64,000 bases of DNA from an uncultured Candidatus Rokubacteria bacterium. Lineage in GTDB: Bacteria > Methylomirabilota > Methylomirabilia > Rokubacteriales > CSP1-6. Every line of letters begins with the position of its first letter. The stretch's first letter is position 1. The notes beneath the pieces were generated by a model, which saw nothing but the letters and a program-made list of their open reading frames with translations, had not been told where the DNA came from and did no database searches. Of this stretch, positions 50,527 through 59,890 are shown piece after piece. A program made the position numbers and the translations under genes. The DNA lies in contig CAVYTA010000006.1 in NCBI GenBank assembly GCA_963771355.1, positions 2,592,001 through 2,656,000 on the forward strand, in the 5' to 3' direction.

Positions 50527-51660
50527 CTACTCGATCACGAACATCTGATCGGTCGCGAACTTGTCCGAGATGAGCTGCGGCGCGCCCGCGCGCACCACCA
50601 CCATGTCCTGGATGTGGTAGTAGTCCTTGGCGGGCTCGAGCGCGAGCACCATCCCCTCCTCCAGCACGAACTTGTTGCCGCGCGAGATCACCGGCTCCTG
50701 CTGATGCCACCAGCAGCCGACACCGTGGCCGGCGAGCTGGCTGGTGTACGACCAGCCGTGTCGGCCGAACTCCTTGACGACGAGCTCGTAGACCTCACCC
50801 GCGGAGACGCCGGGCCGGCAGGCATCGATCGTCTTGCCGTAGATCTCGCGAGTGATGCGATAGTCGCGGACCTGCTCCGCGCTCGGCTTGCCGAGGACCG
50901 CGTTGCGCGACTGGTGGCCGGGGTAGCCGTCGACGTAGGCCACGTAGTCGGTGCGGACCACGTCGCCGGTCCGCCAGGCGTCGTCGCTCTCGCCCGCGTA
51001 GGGAATGAGGTTCCGGCTGGAGTTCAGGATGCCATGCGCCCAGTTGGCGCCGCGGCGCAGGCAGCTGCCGATGAGCCGGCTGTGGACGGCGCGCTCCGTC
51101 TCACCCGGCCGGATGCCCGGAAAGACCTCGAGGAACGCGTCGTCGAGGAGGTCGGCGCCCTTCTTCAGCAGGCGGATCTCGCCTTCCGTCTTCACCCAGC
51201 GCACCTCGTCCATCATCGCCGTGCAATCGAGCATCTGCAGCTGCGGCAGCTCGCGCTGGACCTCTTCCCAGTGCCCCGCGCTCACGTAGGTCTTCTCGAA
51301 CCCGACGCGCTCGCCGCCGAGGCCGAGGCTCGTCAGCACCTGCGCCAGGCGGTGGTACGGCGACTCCGAGTACGCCTCGTAGACCTCGACCCGGTCGACC
51401 CACGAGTCGCGGCGCGTGAGCCCTTCGGCGATCTTGTTGAGCACGACCACCGGCGCGCCGTTTCGCGGCCAGACGAGGAGGATGCCGCGCACGGAGTCCG
51501 GGAGATCGAGATGCCGCGCCAGCGTCCCCGGATAGGCGAGACCCGAGAGATAGGTGAAGTTCTGTCCGGAGCGCACCACCACGGCGGCGAGGCGGTGACG
51601 ATCCATGTACTGGTGCAGGCGGGGTACGTTGGCGATGATCTCGCGCTTCGACTCCGGCAT
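50527..51660 (-). CDS. M24 family (Xaa-Pro peptidase/creatinase-fold) hydrolase with divergent metal site
   Basis: NFTYLSG, RWVKTEGEI, GHGVG, LEEGMVLALEP. Confidence 0.87.
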   Translation of the reverse strand: MPESKREIIANVPRLHQYMDRHRLAAVVVRSGQNFTYLSGLAYPGTLARHLDLPDSVRGILLVWPRNGAPVVVLNKIAEGLTRRDSWVDRVEVYEAYSESPYHRLAQVLTSLGLGGERVGFEKTYVSAGHWEEVQRELPQLQMLDCTAMMDEVRWVKTEGEIRLLKKGADLLDDAFLEVFPGIRPGETERAVHSRLIGSCLRRGANWAHGILNSSRNLIPYAGESDDAWRTGDVVRTDYVAYVDGYPGHQSRNAVLGKPSAEQVRDYRITREIYGKTIDACRPGVSAGEVYELVVKEFGRHGWSYTSQLAGHGVGCWWHQQEPVISRGNKFVLEEGMVLALEPAKDYYHIQDMVVVRAGAPQLISDKFATDQMFVIE

Positions 51661-51803
51661 GGTTCCCCCTCGGCGAGCGAAATGAAGTCGGGCGCATTGT
51701 AGCCGCGACCGTCGAGGATAGGCAAGGTGAAAGCCCTCCGGCGGCGGCCGGGCCCATCCAGTGAGCACCGGCACGCTTACGAGCCCTGCGCTAGACTCGC
51801 CGT

Positions 51804-53309
51804 ATGAACCCCGTCCAGGTCCTCATCGTCGGTGCGGGCCCGACGGGCCTGGTGCTCGCGCTCTGGCTGACGCGTGCCGGTGTGCGCGTGCGCATCATCG
51901 ACAAGGCGGCGGAGCCCGGCACCACCTCCCGCGCGCTCGCGGTGCAAGCCCGCACGCTGGAGTTCTATCGGCAGCTCGATCTCGCCACGCCCGTCGTCGA
52001 GGGCGGCGTCGAGATCGACACCGTGAATCTGTGGGTCACCGGCCGCCGTGTCGCGCGCGCCGTGTTCGGCGCCATGGGCGCCGGCCTGAGCCCCTTCCCG
52101 TATGCGCTGATCTTCCCGCAGGACGAGCATGAGCGCGTCCTGATCGAGCGGCTCGAACGCGAGGGCGTGAAAGTCGAGCGCCCCGTCGAGCTCCTGGGAT
52201 TCGAAGACCCCGCCTCCCGTATCGTGGCGCGTCTTCGTCACGCCAATGGAGCCGAGGAGACCCTCGAGGTCCCGTACCTTGCGGGCTGCGACGGCGCGCA
52301 CTCGACCACGCGCGAGACGCTCGGCATCGGATTCCCCGGCGGCACGTACGAGCATCTGTTCTACGTCGCGGACGTCCAGGCGCGTGGCCCGCAGATGGAC
52401 CGGCAGCTGCACGGATCGCTGGACCAGGCGGAGTTCATCCTGCTGTTCCCGCTGAAGCGCGAGGGACACGCGCGCCTCGTCGGCCTCGTACGCGACGACG
52501 CGGAGACGACCGACGGGCTCACCTGGGACGACGTCAGCACCGACCTGCTCGGCCGCATGGGTATCGCCGTCGAGCGCGTGAACTGGTTCTCGACGTATCG
52601 CGTCCACCATCGGGTCGCGGATCATTTCCGGCGGGGACGGGCCTTCCTCCTGGGCGACGCCGCGCACATCCACAGTCCCGTCGGCGGTCAGGGCATGAAC
52701 ACCGGCATCGGCGACGCGGTGAACCTGGCCTGGAAGCTGGCGGACGTGCTCGGGGCACGCGCCGGCGCCTCCCTTCTCGACAGCTACGAGCCCGAGCGGA
52801 TCGCGTTCGCGCGGCGCCTGGTCGCCACCACGGATCGAGCCTTCACCATCGTCACCAGCCGCGGGCCGCTCGCGCGGCGAATCCGGATCGGCCTGGTGCC
52901 GCGTGTCGTCCCGATCCTCACCTCGTTCAGCGCGGTGCGCCGTCTGATGTTCCGCACGATCTCCCAGACCCAGGTCAACTATCGCGGCGGCCCGCTGAGC
53001 GTGGGCCGCGCGGGGCGCGTGCACGCCGGCGATCGCCTGCCGTGGGTGGAAGCGGTCGACAACTTCGCGCCGCTGGCGTCGCTGGACTGGCAGGTCCACG
53101 TCTACGGTGAGCCGACCCCGGACATCGCGGCCATGTGTCGGGCGCGCCGGCTCCTGCTGAACGTCTTCCCGTGGCGGACCGAGATGGACCGGACCGGACT
53201 CGTGCGCAACGCGGTCTATCTGGTGCGTCCGGACGGCTACGTCGCCCTCGCCGACCCGGACGCGCGGCCGGTCACGCTGCAGACCTATCTCGACGAGCGG
53301 CGTCTCTAA
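51804..53309 (+). CDS. FAD-dependent monooxygenase (PheA/TfdB-like)
   Basis: GAGPTG, GCDGAHS, LGDAAHIHSPVGGQGMNTG, LVRPDGYV. Confidence 0.93.
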   Translation: MNPVQVLIVGAGPTGLVLALWLTRAGVRVRIIDKAAEPGTTSRALAVQARTLEFYRQLDLATPVVEGGVEIDTVNLWVTGRRVARAVFGAMGAGLSPFPYALIFPQDEHERVLIERLEREGVKVERPVELLGFEDPASRIVARLRHANGAEETLEVPYLAGCDGAHSTTRETLGIGFPGGTYEHLFYVADVQARGPQMDRQLHGSLDQAEFILLFPLKREGHARLVGLVRDDAETTDGLTWDDVSTDLLGRMGIAVERVNWFSTYRVHHRVADHFRRGRAFLLGDAAHIHSPVGGQGMNTGIGDAVNLAWKLADVLGARAGASLLDSYEPERIAFARRLVATTDRAFTIVTSRGPLARRIRIGLVPRVVPILTSFSAVRRLMFRTISQTQVNYRGGPLSVGRAGRVHAGDRLPWVEAVDNFAPLASLDWQVHVYGEPTPDIAAMCRARRLLLNVFPWRTEMDRTGLVRNAVYLVRPDGYVALADPDARPVTLQTYLDERRL

Positions 53310-53316
53310 TTCCTCC

Positions 53317-53345
53317 TTGACGCCACGACGCGCCGCGCCTACGAT
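53317..53345 (+). promoter_or_regulatory. Sigma70-like promoter of the CBS gene
   Basis: TTGACG-N17-TACGAT. Confidence 0.65.
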
Positions 53346-53415
53346 TCGCATAGACGTCCGTCCACCGACCCGATCCGAAGAGCCGTTCCCCACACGGTCC
53401 CGGGAGGTGCGAACC

Positions 53416-53847
53416 ATGAAAGTCCGAGACGTTCTCAAGGTCAAGGGAGCACAGGTGTACTCGATCGGGCCCGATCAGTCCGTTCTGGACGCGGTCGCCA
53501 TTCTCATGCAGCACCGGATCGGTGCCCTGCTCGTCCGTGACGGTACCGGTACGGTGTCCGGGATCATCAGTGAGCGCGACATCCTGGGCGAGTGCCTGCG
53601 CCGGAGCGCTGATTTGGGCAGAATCCCGGTCCGCGAGGTCATGACCAAGGACCTGGTCGTGTGCGTGCCTGACGACGACGTTGACTACGCGATGGGAATT
53701 GTGACGAAGAATCGGGTCCGCCATCTACCGATCATGGACGGCGACCGAGTGGCAGGGCTCATCTCCATCGGCGATCTCGTCAAGGCCGGTCTGGAGGAAG
53801 CCGAGTACGAGAACCGCTATCTGAAGGAGTACATCCAGAGCCGTTGA
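53416..53847 (+). CDS. CBS domain pair protein
   Basis: GGAGG RBS; IGALLV, GIISERD, VRHLPI, GLISIGDLVK. Confidence 0.92.
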   Translation: MKVRDVLKVKGAQVYSIGPDQSVLDAVAILMQHRIGALLVRDGTGTVSGIISERDILGECLRRSADLGRIPVREVMTKDLVVCVPDDDVDYAMGIVTKNRVRHLPIMDGDRVAGLISIGDLVKAGLEEAEYENRYLKEYIQSR

Positions 53848-54033
53848 GGCCACCCATCGGCTCCTGACGGCGGTACACTCGGGCCGCCGACGCGGGCGGT
53901 AGCATCCGGCCAGCCCTTCAGGACGGAAGGATCCGTCCATGTGATGGCCCGTGCCCGAGCAGGATGGACACGGGGCCCGTGCGATCACGACGCCCATGCT
54001 CGCTCTCGCCCACCCCGAATGGGCTCCTGGCCC

Positions 54034-54063
54034 TTGACCTGACCCCGCGTTGCCCGCTACTCT
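54034..54063 (+). promoter_or_regulatory. Possible sigma70-like promoter of the DUF917 operon
   Basis: TTGACC-N18-TACTCT, about 50 nt upstream of the GTG start. Confidence 0.5.
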
Positions 54064-54114
54064 GCGCGTACCTCGCGCGCCGGCGCGCACTTCGCTCGTC
54101 AAGGAGCCTGCTTC

Positions 54115-55253
54115 GTGGCCACAACGTTGACCGACCCTCAAGCAATCAAGGATTTCGTGACCGGCCTCGCGTTCCTGGGCACCGGAGGTGGGGCCGGCAA
54201 GATCGAGGACGCGCTCGAGATGCTCGAGCCCGTCCTCAAGCGCGGCAAGGCATTACCCTGGTAAGTCCGGATGAGCTGCCGGACGATGCGTGGACCTGCG
54301 CAATTGCCAGCTGGGGCGGGCGCGATCCCGACACGCCGCCTTCCAAGGAAGAGCTCGCGCAGTACGGACTCATCACGGAACGGTACACGCTCGCCGAACG
54401 CATGGTCGAAGCCGCGAAGGAACTCGCCGCGTTCAGCGGCGTCCGGCTCGGCGGCGTCGTCTCGATGGAGCTCGGCGCCTCCGCCACCATGGGGAGCATC
54501 CTGACCGCCCTGGCGCTCGGGATCCCCGCTCTCGACAGCGACTACGTCGGCCGCGCCATCCCGGAAGCCGGTCAGACGAAGATGGACCTGGCCGGCTTCC
54601 TCCCGACGCCGATGGCCATGGTCGACCGATGGGGCAACGTCACGCTGGTGAAGTCCGCGGTGTCGGCTCTGATGGGCGACCGGATCGCACGCCAGGTGAG
54701 CGTCGCGGCCTACGGCAAGGGCGTCGGCGGGGCGAGCTACCTGGCGCAGATCCGCGACGCCAAGAAGGGCTTCGTGCGCGGCAGTCTGCTGAAGGCGGTC
54801 GAGGTGGGGCGGGCCCTGCGCGAGGGGGCGGGCACCGCGGAGCCGCTGGCGCCGCTCGCCCGGCTCACCGGCGGCAAGGTCCTCTTCACGGGCGAGGCCA
54901 TCTCCACCGATTGGGACGACTCCGAGGCCTACGTGTTCCGCAAGTTCACCTATCACGTCAAGGGTACCGGGCGACACGCCGGCCAGTCCTGCCGGGTGTG
55001 GGTCAAGAACGAGCACCACGTCGTGTGGCGCGACGAGACTGTCATCGGCACCAGTCCCGACATCCTGATGCTCACCGACGCGGAGACGAACCGCCCGCTC
55101 AGCACCCGCGGCGACGTCACTCCGGGCCGCAAGGTCGCGGTCTTCGGCATGAAGGCCCTCGATCCGGCCTGGCACACGCCGGCCGGCCTCGCGCTGCTGG
55201 GGCCACGCCATTTCGGCTTCGACTTCGACTACGTTCCCCCGGCCCAGAACTAG
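54115..55253 (+). CDS. DUF917 family protein; -1 frameshift near 54250
   Basis: AAGGAG RBS; GLAFLGTGGG N-terminus in one frame; MELG, DSDYVGRAIPE, WVKNEH, SPDIL and GPRHFGFDFDY in the next frame. Confidence 0.83.
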
Positions 55254-55266
55254 GAGACCGATCCCC

Positions 55267-56838
55267 ATGCGCTCACTCCGGGTCATCTTCGCGCTGTCCC
55301 TGCTCCTCGTCCTGCTCGGCGGGCCGACGCCCGTGCCCGCGGTCGAGAAAAAGTCCACCCTGATCTTTGCCTCCAACCAGGACATGCCCAACGTGGACCC
55401 GGCGGTGACGCCCATGAGCGTCTTCACCGCGTCCGCCCTCATCGCGCTCTACGATCCGCTGCTGATGTATCGGGGCGACAAGCTCCAGTCCCACCTGGCC
55501 ACCAGCGTCATTCCGTCGGCGGACGCCTCCGAGTGGACGATCAAGCTGGCGCCGGGGGCGCGGTTCCAGGACGGTTCGCCGGTGACCGCCGAGGCTGTGA
55601 AGTACACCTTCGAGCGGGTGCTCCGGATCAAGAAGGGGCCGGCGTGGATGTGGCTGCCGATCATGGACGACAAGAGCGTCGCCGTCGTCGATGACCAGAC
55701 GCTCCGGGTGAAGCTCACGAAGCCGTTCTCGCTGTTCGACCGCACCCTGCCGAACCTCCTGGTCGTGAACCCGAAGCTCGTGAAGGCCAACGACAAGGGC
55801 GATGACGGCCAGGCGTGGCTGGTCAACAACAGCGCGGGGTCGGGACCCTTCAAGATCAACCCGGAGAACTGGCGGAACGGGGCTCAGTACGAGCTCCTCG
55901 CCGACCCGAGCTACTGGAAGGGTTGGCCCACGGCCGGGCGCCTCGACGGCTACGTGTGGAAGGTCATCCGGGAGAGCTCAGCCCAGAAACTGGCCCTCAT
56001 CAAGGGCGAGGTGCACGGAGCGCAGAACATTTCTCCCGACGATATCGCCGAGCTGATGAAGACGCCGGGCCTCCGCGTGGAGCAGTACACCGGGGTCAGC
56101 CCGCACCGCATCGTCATGCACGGCCGTCACGACAGCAAGTACCTGTCCGACATCAACGTCCGCAAGGCGCTCGCGCACGCCTACGACTACTCCGCGGTCC
56201 CGAAGATCTACGCCGGCAACGCCGAGGTCTCGAAGGGCCCGGTGCCGCCCCCGGTGGCTGGCTTCGCCTCCGGCCTGCCCCTCTACTCGTACGACCCGGA
56301 GAAGGCGAAGGCGTATCTCGCCAAGTCCCCGTGGCCCACCGGCGGCTTCACCCTCGACTACATCTATCCGGCCGGCTTCGACGTGGCCAAGAACCTCGGC
56401 GCCATTCTCCTCGCGGGCGCCGCCAAGCTGAACATCAAGATCAACGTGACGCCGATGGTGTGGGCCAACGTGCTCAGCATGCGGACCAAGAGCGAGACCA
56501 TGCCGCAGATGATCAGTCTCTGGCTCGCCCCGCTCTACGGCGACGCCGACGCGCAGCTCTACTCGCAGTGGCACAGCGACAGCTGGGGCCGCGGCAACTA
56601 TTCCTTCTACAAGAACCCGAAGGTGGACGAGCTGCTGGAGCGCGCCCGGCAGTCCAACGACTCCAAGGTCCGCGCGGATCTCCAAGGGCAGGCGCAGCGG
56701 CTGATCGTCGACGACTCCGTGGACATCTTCACCGCGATCGAGAAGGCAACCTACGTGTGGCGGAGCAACGTGAAGGGCTACGTCCATACCCCGCTGCGCG
56801 AGCGGAGCCCGCTCTTCGCGGAGCTCCGGCTCGAGTAA
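55267..56838 (+). CDS. ABC peptide substrate-binding protein (family 5)
   Basis: Signal peptide; FQDGSPVTAEAVKYTFER, AGSGPF, VRKALAHAYD. Confidence 0.92.
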   Translation: MRSLRVIFALSLLLVLLGGPTPVPAVEKKSTLIFASNQDMPNVDPAVTPMSVFTASALIALYDPLLMYRGDKLQSHLATSVIPSADASEWTIKLAPGARFQDGSPVTAEAVKYTFERVLRIKKGPAWMWLPIMDDKSVAVVDDQTLRVKLTKPFSLFDRTLPNLLVVNPKLVKANDKGDDGQAWLVNNSAGSGPFKINPENWRNGAQYELLADPSYWKGWPTAGRLDGYVWKVIRESSAQKLALIKGEVHGAQNISPDDIAELMKTPGLRVEQYTGVSPHRIVMHGRHDSKYLSDINVRKALAHAYDYSAVPKIYAGNAEVSKGPVPPPVAGFASGLPLYSYDPEKAKAYLAKSPWPTGGFTLDYIYPAGFDVAKNLGAILLAGAAKLNIKINVTPMVWANVLSMRTKSETMPQMISLWLAPLYGDADAQLYSQWHSDSWGRGNYSFYKNPKVDELLERARQSNDSKVRADLQGQAQRLIVDDSVDIFTAIEKATYVWRSNVKGYVHTPLRERSPLFAELRLE

Positions 56839-56850
56839 CGCCGGCCGGAC

Positions 56851-57858
56851 GTGTTTGTCCAGTACATCGGACGACGCCTGGCGCTGATCCCCATCACGCT
56901 ACTGGGGGTCAGCGCCATCGTCTTCCTGCTCGCCCGCATCGTGCCGGGCGATCCGGCTCAGCTCGCCGCCGGCGACCAGGCCACGCCCGAGATGGTCGAG
57001 GCGTTCCGCCGGGAATACCGGCTGGACCGTCCGATCTGGGAGCAATACGTCGCGTACCTGGGCGGCCTGCTCCAGGGCGATCTCGGACGCTCGATGTTCA
57101 CCGGGCGCCCGGTCCTGGACGACCTGCGCGCCTTCCTCCCCGCCACTCTCGAGCTGACCGCGGTCGGTATCACGCTCGCGCTCCTGATCGGGCTGCCCGC
57201 CGGCGTCTTCTCCGCCCTCTATCGCAATCGCTGGCCCGACCAGCTCGCCCGCGGCCTCGCCTTGACGGGCGTCAGCTTCCCGGTCTTCTGGCTGGCGCTG
57301 ATGCTCCAGCTTCTCCTCGCCGTCTCCCTGGATCTGCTCCCGCTCGGCGGCCGCTTCCCGGCCGCCTACAAGGGCCCCGCGACGATCACGGGCCTCTACA
57401 CGCTCGACTTTGCCCTCGCGCGGGATGCCGAAGGCGTCGGGCTCGCGCTGCGGCATCTGCTGCTGCCCGCCCTCTGTCTCGCCGTCGGCTCCGTGGCGAG
57501 CATCACGCGCATCACGCGGACCTCCGTGCTCGACGTTCTCGGCCGCGACTTCATCCGGACGAGCCGGGCGATGGGGCTGCCGGAGCATATCGTCATCGGC
57601 AAGTACGTGCTGAAGAACGCGTTCATCGCTACCCTGACCATGCTCGGGGTGGCTCTCACCTACATGCTCGCCGGCTCCGTGCTCGTGGAATCCGTGTTCG
57701 ACTGGCCGGGCATCGGACTCTACGCCTTCAAGTCGATCATCCAGCTGGACTTCCAGCCGATCGCCGCGTTCACCGTGCTGGTCGGCACCATGGTCGCGCT
57801 CGTGAACCTCGGCGTCGACGTGCTCTACGGCGTCTTCGACCCGCGGATCCGCCGATGA
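56851..57858 (+). CDS. ABC permease (DppB-like)
   Basis: VPGDP, GDLGRS, DFIRTSRAMGL, WPGIG, FDPRIR. Confidence 0.93.
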   Translation: MFVQYIGRRLALIPITLLGVSAIVFLLARIVPGDPAQLAAGDQATPEMVEAFRREYRLDRPIWEQYVAYLGGLLQGDLGRSMFTGRPVLDDLRAFLPATLELTAVGITLALLIGLPAGVFSALYRNRWPDQLARGLALTGVSFPVFWLALMLQLLLAVSLDLLPLGGRFPAAYKGPATITGLYTLDFALARDAEGVGLALRHLLLPALCLAVGSVASITRITRTSVLDVLGRDFIRTSRAMGLPEHIVIGKYVLKNAFIATLTMLGVALTYMLAGSVLVESVFDWPGIGLYAFKSIIQLDFQPIAAFTVLVGTMVALVNLGVDVLYGVFDPRIRR

Positions 57859-58754
57859 GCTCGGCGGCCACCGCGGCGGCCACGGTTGTTCCCGCCGCCC
57901 TGCACGGGCGGGGAGCCACGCGCGCCTTCCGCCGGCTGACCCGAGGCCCCCTGGCGGCAGCGGCGCTCGCCGTGCTCGCGCTGCTCCTCACCGCCGCCGT
58001 CTTCGGCCCGTCCCTGGCTCCGTACCCCGAGGACGCGGAAGGGGCCATCCATGCCGATGCGCGCCTGCAGCCGCCGAGCCGGGCGCACCCGTTCGGCACC
58101 GACGAGCTGGGTCGAGACGTGTTCAGCCGGGTGCTCATCGGCGCCCGGATCTCGCTATCGGTCGGGGTCATCGTGCTGATCATCGGCGTCACCATCGGCA
58201 CCATCCTCGGCGCCATCGCCGGCTTCGTCGGGGGGCGCGTCGGCGAGACCATCATGCGCTTCACCGACATCACGATCACGATCCCCGAGCTGATCCTGGC
58301 GCTCGCGATCACCGCCGTGCTCGGACGAAGCCTCGGCAACACCATGCTGGCCATCGGCCTGGTCCGCTGGCCGATCTATTGCCGTCTCGTCCAGGCGCAG
58401 GTGGCCGGGCTCGCCACGGAGCCGTTCGTGGAAGCGGCCGTCGCCGGCGGCGGCGGCCCCGCCCGCGTGCTCTTCCGGCACATCCTGCCGAACTGCGTCT
58501 CACCGGTGATCGTCCGAGCCTCCCTGGACATGGGCCTCGCCATTCTCACCGCCGCCGCGCTCGGCTTTCTCGGCCTCGGCGCACAGGAGCCCATCCCGGA
58601 GTGGGGCGCGATGGTGAGCGACGCGCGGAGAACCTTCCCCACCGCGTGGTGGAGCGCGACGTTCCCGGGCCTGGCCATCTTCGTGACCGTCTTCGCATTC
58701 AACGTGCTGGGAGACGGGCTCCGCGACGTGGTCGACCCCCAGACGAGCAACTGA
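57855..58754 (+). CDS. ABC permease (DppC-like)
   Basis: FGTDELGRDVFSR, ALGFLGLG, PEWGAMV. Confidence 0.93.
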   Translation: MSSAATAAATVVPAALHGRGATRAFRRLTRGPLAAAALAVLALLLTAAVFGPSLAPYPEDAEGAIHADARLQPPSRAHPFGTDELGRDVFSRVLIGARISLSVGVIVLIIGVTIGTILGAIAGFVGGRVGETIMRFTDITITIPELILALAITAVLGRSLGNTMLAIGLVRWPIYCRLVQAQVAGLATEPFVEAAVAGGGGPARVLFRHILPNCVSPVIVRASLDMGLAILTAAALGFLGLGAQEPIPEWGAMVSDARRTFPTAWWSATFPGLAIFVTVFAFNVLGDGLRDVVDPQTSN

Positions 58755-58780
58755 AGCGACCGTTAGCCGCCGGAGGACCC

Positions 58781-59887
58781 ATGATGGACGTCGACATCGA
58801 CCGCGCCCTCGCCACCTTCCTCGAACTGGTCCAGATCGATTCACCCACCTACGCGGAGCGGCCGATCATCGAGCGCATCGAGAAGGAGCTCGCGGCGCTC
58901 GGCCTTTCCACCTTCAACGACCGCACCGGACGTGACGGCGCCGGCAACCTCCACGTTCGCCTGCCGGGCACGCGGGCCGACCAGCCACCGATCCTCCTCT
59001 GCGCCCACACCGATACCGTCGAGCCGGGCCGTGGGGTCCGAGCCACCGTGCGTGACGGCGTCGTTCGCACTGACGGTCGGACCGTGCTCGGCGCCGACAA
59101 CAAGGCCAGCGTGACCGCGCTGCTGGAGGCGGTCCGAACCGTGATCCGCCACAATGTGCCGCACCGCGAGGTCGATCTGCTCTTCACCTGGGGGGAAGAG
59201 CGCGGTCACGCCGGGGCCGCCCTCTTCGACACCACCCCGCTGCGCGCCACGATGGGCGTCACGCTCGACGACACGGCGGCGCCGGGGCACATCACGGTGG
59301 CCGCGCCCGCGTACTGCTCCATCCTCGCCCGCTTCCTCGGGAAGGCCGCGCACGCCGGCGACGCGCCCGAGCGGGGCGTCAGCGCGATCGTGGCGGCGGC
59401 CGAGGCGGTGCGGCGGCTGACCCTCGGGCGGATCGATCACGAGACCACCGCCAACATCGGCCTCATCCGCGGCGGTTCCGCGCGCAATACCGTACCCGGC
59501 GTGGTCGAGCTCGAGGGCGAGGCCCGGAGCCTCGACAACGCCAAGCTGGAGCGCCTCGTCGCGAGCCTGCGCGAAGGGATCGAGACCGCCGCGCGTGACA
59601 CGAAGACGACGCTGGAGCTGGCCATCAAGCAGGAGTACGCGGCCTATCGCTGGCCGGAGAGCGCGGATATCGTCGTCGAGGCCATGGCCGCGGTCCGGCG
59701 GGCCGGCCTCGAGCCGGCGCTTCGAGTGAGCGGCGGCGGCAGCGACTCCAACACGCTCAACGAGAAGGGCCTCCGCTGCCTGAACCTCGCCATCGGCATG
59801 AAGGAGATCCACACTGTCCAGGAGCACATCGCGGTGGACGACCTCGGCAGGACCTGCCGCATCGCCCTCAGTCTCATCACGGGGTGA
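58781..59887 (+). CDS. M20B peptidase T-like protein
   Basis: AHTDTVEPG, LGADNKA, GEERG, GKAAHAG, GGGSDSN, IHTVQE. Confidence 0.9.
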   Translation: MMDVDIDRALATFLELVQIDSPTYAERPIIERIEKELAALGLSTFNDRTGRDGAGNLHVRLPGTRADQPPILLCAHTDTVEPGRGVRATVRDGVVRTDGRTVLGADNKASVTALLEAVRTVIRHNVPHREVDLLFTWGEERGHAGAALFDTTPLRATMGVTLDDTAAPGHITVAAPAYCSILARFLGKAAHAGDAPERGVSAIVAAAEAVRRLTLGRIDHETTANIGLIRGGSARNTVPGVVELEGEARSLDNAKLERLVASLREGIETAARDTKTTLELAIKQEYAAYRWPESADIVVEAMAAVRRAGLEPALRVSGGGSDSNTLNEKGLRCLNLAIGMKEIHTVQEHIAVDDLGRTCRIALSLITG

Positions 59888-59890
59888 GTC

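Noticed and set aside
716..58754. Many long alternative-frame or antisense ORFs (e.g. 716..2008-, 6293..8068+, 21096..23684-, 46732..49290+, N-terminal part of 55815..58754+)
   Set aside because: They are Arg/Gly/Ala/Pro-rich shadows of motif-bearing genes, expected from stop-codon scarcity in high-GC DNA
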